Shown here one piece after another: positions 54,321-64,000 of a stretch of DNA of 64,000 nt. This DNA is from the human T2T-CHM13v2.0 reference genome, Homo sapiens, in assembly GCF_009914755.1 (NCBI RefSeq), contig NC_060927.1, one strand, 5' to 3'. Made by a program: the position numbers and the translations under genes. Position 1 is the stretch's first letter; each line of letters starts with the position of its first letter. The notes under the pieces are model-generated. The model searched no databases. It had not been told where the DNA came from and saw nothing but the letters and a program-made list of their open reading frames with translations.

Positions 54321-55088
54321 ATATGCATATCTAAGTTTTAGACCTTTGTGTGTAATAGAAACGTATAGGCCCAAAGATCAGGTTCTTTCCTCTCTGAATT
54401 ATTAACCAAGTAACGGCTTTAACTCCCTCCTTTTGATTTGTCAAAATGCAATCAAAGTTTTAGCTTGCTTTGTTTTTAAACTAGAATGCACATGACTGAC
54501 TCATCTTTATTGCAGGTTTTTCTATAAACTTGTGTTCTCTTTTCAAGATTTATTTATGAGAACATTTATAAATTGTTAATATTGCCTTGTGGACTATGGG
54601 GCAACAGTGGTCAGGTCACCCTAAAGTTGTCCAAAATTGAAAGAGAGTGGAGAGACAAGATAATTATGTCAATGAATAATAACTGTTTTGTGTAATCAGG
54701 ATATCATACTCTGCACTCAATGGGCAATGCCAAGATGTCTCACTGTGCAGAATGGTTCACATGTGTGGTGTGCTAATAATGATGCTCAAGTTCCAGAGGA
54801 GCATTTGAAGAAAATCAGTGCCCATATTGTTGTAGCCAGAGAACAGGCAGACATATCCTAATCATTGCCAGTTATAATTTGCCTAGCACCCTTTTCCCTT
54901 GCTTAGGGGCTAAAGTGTTCTTTGAGATGATGACCACAAGCCATCATTTGCTTCCTTTCAACTCACCCTTACCATGAGTCCCTTCCCTTATTTCAAATAA
55001 AGAAGGAAAATAAAACTACTGGGCAGGTAAAAATCTAAGGATATTAATGAGGCTCTATTGTTCTTTTAGGTTTAGAGTAAAATAGTCC

Positions 55089-55310
55089 TAGTTTTTCAAC
55101 CTGACCCTTTGGAGCCAGAGACAATTCTGAAGAGGAAACATCCTTTCTGAATCTAATTGTTTCCTTGTATGCATAAGCTTTTCCAGATGGAGAGTTGTTT
55201 TTTTTCCCCCCAAAATACTGGAGTAATTATATTCAAAAGAGAGAGAGAGAGAGAGATGTGGCCTCTTCAGAACTGTCTCTGCCTCCAAAGTCCCAGATGG
55301 AAATATTGGG
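55089..55310. mobile_element. Unassigned MITE-like element with long imperfect terminal inverted repeats
   Basis: 55107-55142 matches the reverse complement of 55255-55290 at 32/36. Weaker pairing extends outward to hAT-like ends. Confidence 0.6.
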
Positions 55311-55544
55311 GCTACTTTACTATAAACTTCAAAGAATAGCTGTTCTCCTTCTAGCTTCTTCTGTGGCTTTAATCTCCCTTTCCTACCTTAAAGCTACCTT
55401 TAATCACAACTCGAATGTTATTTTGAGATTCCAGTGAGGTCTCAAGGGGAAGGGTCACAAGTAGGCTGTTTGGCTTATTTTAGTTTTGTAAGTTCTTTGT
55501 GTGGCTGGTGACCCATATTAAATGAGTTCTCTATGTAATCAATA

Positions 55545-55770
55545 ACATTAGCGAACACTTAAGAAATGAATTATATATATGCTTTACATATATTGATCTA
55601 AATTTAATATGACAACATGCCTGTGGACAAAAGTCCTACTATAATCATTATCCTAATATTATAGATGAGTATTTTGAGACAGGAAATCAAGTAACCTATT
55701 CAACTTCATACAGCTGTTAAGAAGAGGTGTTGGGATCAAAACTGAAGTATGGCTCCACATTTCACAGTCA
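55545..55770 (-). mobile_element. MIR
   Basis: TGCTTTACATATATT...ATAGATGAG...AAGTAACCT...ATACAGCT. Confidence 0.65.
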
Positions 55771-56916
55771 TGATTACTTTATTATAATCTTTGTCCATAA
55801 ACAGATGATATATTTAACAGACCTTGACTTCTTGTTGAACATTTTTCAGGAACTCTGAGGGTGATATGACTGTGATTATACTGGATAGAAACAATAAATC
55901 ATCTCATCCATTTTTACAAATATCTCTGTAATACTTTATGGCAGGTTTTACATTTCATTAGCTTGCATCTTTGGCCAATAATCTTCCCAAGCAGATATGC
56001 CTAAAGAAATAATAGAAGGGTTATATAATTCCGATAGGGAACACTTTGTTTATTTCATAATTTAAATTTGAAAAGTAAAAATAATTTTAAAAAGTAATAT
56101 TAAACAAATTTTTGGAATTACTTATATACTGAAGAAGTAAACTAGAATGTAAGATAAGAAGGAGACTTTGTATGAAACTGTATTGTTAACCTAAAAATAT
56201 ACAGCATGAGAACCTGAAATTTATGAAAGTAGAACAAAATGACTTTCCCATGTATCCAGGCTTTATTGGTACTTGTCTCTGATTTTTATCGGAGAGAAAG
56301 AGAAACAATCTTTTCAGGCTGTTAGTAAGAAGAAAATGAAATGAAGCATCTGATAGAAGTTTTTAATTATAAGGCACTGTACAATCAAATATTTCCAAAA
56401 TGTGATTCAGGAAAAAAAAAAAAAACAGAAATTCACTTAGCAAATCTAGCATTGGTCTTACCTTCATAGGTTCACCTTCTTTTAATTAGACTGATCAGAT
56501 AAAAATAAGCTGACATTTAGCCTTAAATGGAACCAAAACTTGTTTCAACTTAAAGATGTATAACCCCTTTTCTACTAATGCATTAGTAATGACTTCATTC
56601 TTTTTAACTTTTCTGATGCCTTTTGATGAAATTTGACCTTTGTTGTTTCAACCCAAATCTGAAACTGGAATATTATCTTATTTCTATATATATTAATAAC
56701 GTTTCTCCCTCAATCAAAGTTTCTGCACTGTGAAACTAAGACTTGGAATAACTACTTCATGCAAAATATTTAATTCCTACGTCTTTATTAAGAGCTCATC
56801 TTTAGAACATCTTTGACAGCTAAGCATCGTACTATGATTTCTCTAGTGAACTCTTATTCATTTATAAGCAGTACCAGGAATTATGCTCTCCAGAGACTTT
56901 TTAAAGAGTCCTTATA

Positions 56917-57081
56917 CTAGTAATTTTCAAATGTGGTGTTTGAACCAGTATGTTAACACCACCAGAAAACTTGTTAAAAATGAAATTTTGGCTCCACTAA
57001 ATCAGAAACTCTGGGTTGGTGCCTAGCATCTCTGATTTTTAAAATCCACTAGGTATATTTAATGCCGTTTGGAAACCATTG
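56917..57081 (+). mobile_element. MER5A
   Basis: TCAAATGTGGT...AACTTGTTAAAAATG...AATCAGAAACTCTGGG...GTTTGGAAACCATTG. Confidence 0.8.
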
Positions 57082-57483
57082 TCTCAAATTATGTTTCCCT
57101 TCTTTAGTATTTAGATATTATCATGGGCATACCTCACTTGTTAAATTGTACACATGTTATTTCTATTATGTGGTTAATTTTCTGTATCTACTAATCAATC
57201 CTTTACCTTTTTTTTAGTGAAGTAACAATTTCTCATACATTTTTGTATTCCGTAGTGACTAACAGTATCTGTCAAATTCTAGGGCAGACCTATGTCTAAG
57301 ATAAATATATAAAGTGTCGATTCTTTCTTCTATTTTACATATAAATTATCTACCACTTGCTGTTAATGGAACTTTTTTTTTCTGAAAGGATTGAAAAATC
57401 TGGTGGCAATAAAATGCTCCAGATTTACTGGCAAAGCAATGCACAACAATTAATGTGATTAAGCTCTTAAAAGGTACATGAAA

Positions 57484-58540
57484 ACTTTCAGTTCTAATCA
57501 AGATGGAATAGATATACTTCTCCCTATTCCTAGCAATAAATACAGCTAAAACCCCCAAACGTCACATGCAAAACAAACATAAGATCCTGAAATAGAAAGA
57601 GAAGAAGGCATATTGACTATGTATATCAGGACTTGAGGAAAAACATGGAAGTAAGCTTCCTGGGTACTGGATTCTCTTTTTCTTTTATATATCCCACTAG
57701 GTGCTAGGAAAGCAGTCCACCTGGAAATAACAATGAGTAGAGAGAGAGAAAAAAATAAAGCATTCATAAGAATTACCTGTTCTTAATAGCCCAAATACAA
57801 GAAAAGGAACAACCTAACAAAAAACAGCCAACTCTAATTAAATATCATTGAAAACAATCTTCTGACTCCCTACTCAGCTCCATCAGCAACGGAAGAGAGG
57901 GGAGCCTAGAGTTTCACACTTGTTTGTCTGTCATGAATCACTTCTTCCCCTTATAGGAATAGTGTCACAGAAGACCTGGTAAAGAGCCAATATTTTCATT
58001 CCTAAACTACTGGTTCAATAAAAATAAATGTATGTGAACTATTATATTAAAAGGCAAAAGCCTACCTAATAATATTAATTGACAAATAAAAAGCTTTTAA
58101 TAAAAACCACTATTCGTGATGAAATTCTCAGGCACTGTAGGAATGAGGGGAATTTCTTCAACATGATGGTGGACTTTTAAAGAAAAGAACCTACTGTAAA
58201 CATCATTCTTAATGACCTAAAACTGAATTATTTTCCCCAAAGACCGAAAATAAACAAGAATGTCAACACTTGCCAGTCTTATTCAACATAGTATTGAATT
58301 ACTAAAAAGCACAATAAGGAAAGAAAAGGAAAGACAAGACGTATATTTCCAAAAGGAATAAAAACTGTCTCTATTTGCAGATGACATACTGGTATATGTA
58401 TAAAAGAAACTCCAGAAATGATCAAATATTAATAAGTGCTACAGCAAAATCATAAATACAAGATCAAATTTAAAAATCAATCATGTATCTATACAATAAT
58501 AATGAGACACAGAAACCAAAATTATCATACAATACTTTTC
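57484..58540 (+). mobile_element. Old L1 (L1MD-like): 5' UTR piece joined to an ORF2 fragment
   Basis: CAAGATGGAATAGA...CTTCTCCCTATTCCT...TACAGCTAAAACCC 5' end, then TTATTCAACATAGTA and TATTTGCAGATGACAT (LFADD). Confidence 0.7.
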
Positions 58541-58564
58541 AGGAATGTTTTAAAGGAGATAGAG

Positions 58565-61500
58565 ACACAGAAAAGATAGAGACATGAAAAACCATTCAAA
58601 AGATTAAAGAATTCAGGAGCTATTTCTTTGAAAACAATAATGAAATAGATAGGCTGCTAGCTAGACTAATAAAGTTGAAAAGAGAAGATTCAAATAAACA
58701 CAATCAGAAATGATAAGGGGAATATTACTGTTGACCCCACAGAAGTAAAATCATTAGATAATTTTATGAACATCTCTATGCACATAAACTGGAAAAAATT
58801 GATAAATTCTTGGACACATACACCCCCCCAGGACTGAACCAGGAAGAAATTGAATCCCTGAATAACCAATAACAAGTTGTGAAATTGAGGCAGTAATAAA
58901 TAGCCTACTAAACAAAAAAAAAACCCAGGAACAGGTGGATTCACAACTGAATTCTATCAGATGTACAAAGAAGAGATGGTACTGTTCCTACTAAAACTAT
59001 TTCAAAAAATTGAGGGGGGGGGGCTCCTCCCTAACTCATTCTATGAGGCTAGCAGCATCCTGATTAAAAAAAAAAAAACCTGGCAGAGATACAAAAACAA
59101 AAAAGGAAAACTATAGGCCAATATCCTTGACAAACATTGATGAAAAAATTACTCAACAAAATACTGGCAAATCAAATCCAGCAACACATCATAAAGCTTA
59201 TCCACCACAATCAAGTTGGCTTCATCTCCAGGATACAAGGTTGGTTCAACATATGCATATCAATAAAAGTGATTCGTCACATAAACAGGACTAAAACAAA
59301 AAACACCTGTTATCTCAATAGATGCAGAAAAGGCTTTTGATAACATTGACATCAATTCCTGTTAAAACTCTCAATATATGAGGTATTGAAGAAACATGTC
59401 TCAAAATAATAAGAACCATGTATGACAAACCCATGACCAACATAATACTAAATGGGAAAAAGCTGGAAGCATTCCCCTTGAAAACTGGCAAAAGACAAGG
59501 ATGTTCTCTCTCACCGCTTCTATTCAGTGGATTATTAGAAGTTCTGGCCAGGGCAATCAGGCAAGAGAAAGAAATAAAGGGCATTCAAATAGAAAGAGAA
59601 GTCAAACTACCCCTGTTTGCAGATAACATTATCCTATATCCAGAAAACTCCATAGTCTCAAGTCAAAAGCTTCTTAAGTGGATAAACAACTTCAATAAAT
59701 TCTCAATATACAAAATCAATGTGCAAAAATTAATAGCATTCTTATACCCAACAACAGTCAATCCAAGAAACAAATCAGGAAAAAAACTCCCATTTGCAAT
59801 TGTCACAAATAGAATAAAATACCTAGGGATAGGATTAACTATGGAGGTGAAAGACCTCTACAAGTAGAAGTATAAACCATGGCTCAAAGAAATCGAAGAT
59901 GACATAAACAAATAATAATAAAAAAATTCGTGTTCATGGATAGGGAGAATCAACATCATTAAAATGGCCATATTGCACCAAGCAATTTACAGATTCAATG
60001 CTGTCACCATTAAGTTATCACTGACATTTTTTAAAGAGCCAGAAAAAAAACTATTTAAAAATTCATATAGAACCCAAAAAGAGCCCAAATAGCCAAGGCG
60101 ATCCTAAACAAAAATAACAAAGCTGGAGGCATAATGTTACCCAACTTCAAACTATACTTTACGGCTATAGTAATGAAAACAGTATGGTACTGGTACAAGA
60201 ACTGACACACAGACCAATGAGAGCCCAAAAATATGACCCCACAACTACAAATATCTGATCTTTGACAAACCTGACAAAAACAAGCAATGGGGAAAGATTC
60301 CCTATTCAGTAAATGCTGCTAGGATAACTGGCTAGTCATATGCAGAAGATTGAAATTGGACTGCTTCCTTACACCATATACAAAAATAAATGGTGTTGGA
60401 TTAAAGACATAAACATAAAATTGTAAACTTTTATAGTTTCCTTCCTAAGCCCTGGAAGACAATTCAGGCAATACTATTCAGGACAGAGGCATGGGTAAAT
60501 ATTTCATGATGAAGACCCCAAAAGCAATTGCAACAAAGTGGAAATTGACAAATGGGATCTAGTTAAACTAAAGAACTTCTACACAGCAAAATAAACTATC
60601 AATAAACAGACAACCTCTACAGAATGGGATAAAATTTTTGCAAATTGTGCATCGAACAGAGGTCAAATATTCAGAATTTATGAGGCAGTTAAAAATTTAC
60701 AAGAAAAATAATTGCATAATAAGTTAGTAAAAGCCGTGAACTTTTCAAAAAGATGCACACGTAGCCAAGAATTATATGAAAAACAGTTCAACGTCACTGA
60801 TCATTAGAGAAATTCAAATCAAAACCACAATGAGATACCATCTTACACCAGTCAGAATGGCTATTATTAAAAAGTCAGAAAATAACATGCTGGTGAGGTT
60901 GTGAAGAAAAAGTAACACTTATACACTGTTGCTGGACATGTTAATTAGTTCAATCATTGTGTAACACAAGAGTGGCAATTCCTCAAAGACCTAAAGACAG
61001 AAATATCAATTAACAGTTAAAATTTCACTAAAGAGGCTATACAGTTGACAAATAAATACATGAAACCATGTTTATTATCACTGCCTACTAGAGAAACATA
61101 ATTAAGACCATAATGAGGTACTGTTACACACATATTAAAACAGCTAAAATAAAAAAAATTTGACAATATTAAATGTCAAATGAATGCAGAAAGACAGAAA
61201 TAGCAATCCCATTACTGAGTATATACCCAAATAATATAAATCATTCTATTATAAAGACACATGCAAGCGTGTGTTCATTGAAGCACTACTCACAGTAGCA
61301 AAGACATGGAATCAACCGAAATGCCCATCAATGATAGAATGGGTAAAGAAACGTGGTACATATACCCCATGGAATACTATGCCATCTTTAAAAGGAACAG
61401 GATCATGTTCTTTCCAGGAACATGGACAGAGCTGGAGGCCATTATCCTTAGCAAACTAACATAGGAATAGAAAACCAAATACCACATGTTCTCACTTATA

Positions 61501-61730
61501 AGTGGGAGCTAATTGATGATAATTCATTGATACATAGAGGGGAACAAAACATCCTGGGGTCTTTCAGAGGGTAGAGGGTGGGAGGGGAGAGAGGATCAAG
61601 AAACATAACTAACAGGTACTAGGCTTAATACCTGGATGAGGAAATAATCTGTACAACAAATCCTCATGACGCTAGTTTACCTATGTAACAAACTTGCACT
61701 TCTAACCCTGAACTTAACAGTTAAAAAAGA
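58565..61730 (+). mobile_element. L1PA11-13-like, 5'-truncated (~3.2 kb), nested in the older L1
   Basis: ORF2 RT remnants ([22 protein letters not shown]; [27 protein letters not shown]). 3' end GTACTAGGCTTAATACCTGG...CCTGAACTTAA. Confidence 0.95.
59418..59867 (+). pseudogene. LINE-1 ORF2p reverse transcriptase remnant
   Basis: Contains [11 protein letters not shown] and LFADN (FADD mutated) plus IKYLGI; frameshifted on both sides. Confidence 0.95.
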
Positions 61731-61839
61731 AACATTTAAATGTAAATACACAAAATAATAAACCTAAAATAAAGTTAATAAATTTGTGTTCTGAAAACTA
61801 CAAAATACTAATGAAAAAAATTAGAAGAAAGTCTAAATA

Positions 61840-61937
61840 CAGTTGGCCCTCCCAGTCTGTGAGATCTGCATCCGCAAATTTTGATATCAGCAAGGGTTCC
61901 TGGAAAACTATTCCCTGTGTATTCCAAGGGATGACTG
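61840..61937. mobile_element. Internally deleted MER2/Tigger-type MITE (98 bp)
   Basis: TA|CAGTTGGCCCTC...GGGATGACTG|TA: TIRs and TA target duplication typical of TcMar-Tigger. Confidence 0.8.
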
Positions 61938-62967
61938 TATTTCAAGAGAAATATTATGTTCATGGAGTGAAATAATTAGCATAGTAAAGATTTCAATTAT
62001 CTTTAAAGTTATATATACCTTTAATGTAATTCTTATTATAATTCTAGAAAATATTTTTATGGATATAGATGAGATTATTCTAAGATTTATATGGAAAACA
62101 AAAATATTAAATAAATTAGAAAATTCAAAAAGATAAATAAAATCGAAAGAAAACTCTTTCTAATATTAAGGCTTAAGGAAAGATACAGTAATCAGTATTA
62201 TGTAATATTGGCAGAGTAATAGACACGTAAAAGAACCTGAATGTAGACTCATAAAAGTATAGCCAGTTGATTTTTTACAACAGGTACAAAATGAATTCAA
62301 TGGAGGAAGGATACTTTTTCAATAAATATGGCTAGAGAAACTGGATACCAAAGCAGTAAATTAATTAATTAAAATATCAAAACTTACAAAGGAAAACATA
62401 GAGGAGAATCTTTAGGATTTAGGGTTTGATGAAGAGTTTATAGATATGATATCAAATTCATGATTCATACAATTTTTAAATGATTTATTCGATTTCAAAT
62501 TACAAATTTCAAAATTACAAATGCTTACCTTGCAAGAATTCTGTTAAGATGAAAAGACAAGATACAGACTAGGGAAAAAACACATATCTAAATTAGGTCT
62601 CCTATTTAGAATATATAAAGAACTCTTTAAATTCAACAGTTAAAATTTCATTAAAGAGGCTATACAGTTGACAGATAAATGCATGAAACCATGTTTATCA
62701 TTATGGCCTACTAGAGAAACACAATTAAGACCATAATGAGGTACTGTTAAACACATATTAAAATAGCTAAAATAAAAAATTTTGACAATATTAAATGTCG
62801 AATGAATGCAGAGAAACTGAATTGCTAAAAATGGCTGGGGAGAATCCAAACTTGTATATCTACTCTTTTAAAAGGCTTAACATTGTCTTAAGTAACTACA
62901 CATACTGTTAACATACAACCAAGCAATCACACTCATGAACATTTACCCTGGAGAAAGGAAAATTTAT

Positions 62968-62992
62968 TTACACACACACACACACACACACA
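62968..62992. repeat. (CA)n microsatellite
   Basis: About 11-12 AC units. Confidence 0.95.
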
Positions 62993-63186
62993 CCCTGACA
63001 CACAAATGAATTGCATGAATGTTCATAGCAGGTTTTTTCTGTAATAGCCAATAATTATAAACAACCATGTATTTGGTACATTAATGATAACAGAAATTGT
63101 AGTACAACTACGCTATGGAATATTACTCAGCAACAACAAGGCATGCACTATTGATACACACAACAGCTTGGGTAAATCTCAAGAAC

Positions 63187-63580
63187 TATTTTAGTCTGCT
63201 TAGACTGCCATAACTAAATACCATAGATTGGGTGACAAAAACAACAGAATTTGTTTTTATATATATATATAGTTTTGGAATCCAGAAGTACAAGATCAGG
63301 GTACCAGCATGGTTGGATTCTGCTGAGGGCTCTCTTTGTGACTTGCACATGACCACCCTTTCACTGAGTGTTCCCGCAGCCTTATCTTGTGTGTAGAGAG
63401 AGAGCAAGCTCTCTGATGTCTCTTCTTATAAAGGGATTAATCCCATCATGGGGGCCCCACACACTTGGCTTCATCTAACCCTAATTACCTCCCAAAGATC
63501 TCATCTCCAAATACCATCACCTTGGGAGTAAGCAGTTCAATATATACATCTGAAGTGGGGGAAAACATTCAGTTATAAAA
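63187..63580 (-). mobile_element. MLT1A/B-like MaLR LTR
   Basis: TTAGTCTGCT..ACTGCCATAAC.AAATACCATAGA...TCTCTTCTTATAAAGG...CTAATTACCTCCCAAAG...ACATTCAG. Confidence 0.88.
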
Positions 63581-64000
63581 GAGGCATAAATGTTAAGTGA
63601 AAACAGCCAACCTCAAAAGCTCATACCCTGTAAGCTTCTATTTATTAACATTATTAAATTATAACATTTTTAATATAATATTACATTATTTAAAATGATA
63701 AAATTATGGATATAGAGAACACATTAATGATGGCATGGCTTTAAGGAGGGGTGAGCGGGGCTAGTGGACAAGGTGGTTTTTATGACTATAAAGGGAGAGT
63801 AAAAGGGAGATCTTTTTGGTGATGAAATAGTTCCTTATCTTCATTGTGATGGTGATTACATGAATCTACACAGGTGATACAACGGCGTAAAACTATACAC
63901 ACTCTTTGCACCAATGTCCATTTACTTGTTCTGATACTATACTACAGTTACCTAAGGTATAACTGTTTAGAGGAACTGGGTAAAGAGTACATAGACCCTG

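Larger units (their letters stand above)
61745..64000 (+). mobile_element. Old L1 (L1MD/MC-like) ORF2 end and 3' UTR, interrupted by MER2-like and MLT1 elements
   Basis: CTGAAAACTACAAAATACTAATGAAA...; 3' UTR GGAGATCTTTTTGGTGATG...CATGAATCTACAC...AACTGGGTAAAG. Confidence 0.85.

Overview
AT-rich, repeat-dense primate (probably human) genomic DNA with no credible host protein-coding gene, RNA gene or CpG island. It is most likely gene desert or deep intron. The longer ORFs in the track are decayed LINE-1 ORF1/ORF2 remnants, Alu read-throughs or chance. About half the window is recognisable interspersed repeat: L1 copies of several ages (L1PA8-16-like, L1MA/MB/MC/MD/ME-like), eight Alus (J, S, Y), MIR/L2 relics, MaLR and ERVL LTRs (THE1, MLT1, MLT2, LTR16-like), an ERVL pol remnant, and DNA-transposon fossils (MER113, MER20, MER58, MER53, MER5A, MER2-like). 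There are also (GATA)n and (CA)n microsatellites. Family names come from my recall of consensus sequences, so subfamily calls and boundaries are approximate. I cannot support a novel biological system here. The most notable signals are: (i) several template-switch or templated-insertion scars, including a ~180 bp local copy inside an L1PA 3' region, a scrambled MLT2A end with a 38 bp inverted repeat, and inverted micro-duplications; (ii) an L1 with its 5' UTR fused into mid-ORF1; (iii) a twin-primed L1; (iv) an unassigned MITE-like element; (v) repeat-free, motif-dense blocks near 5.3-6.1 kb and 13.0-13.75 kb that are candidate conserved enhancers.
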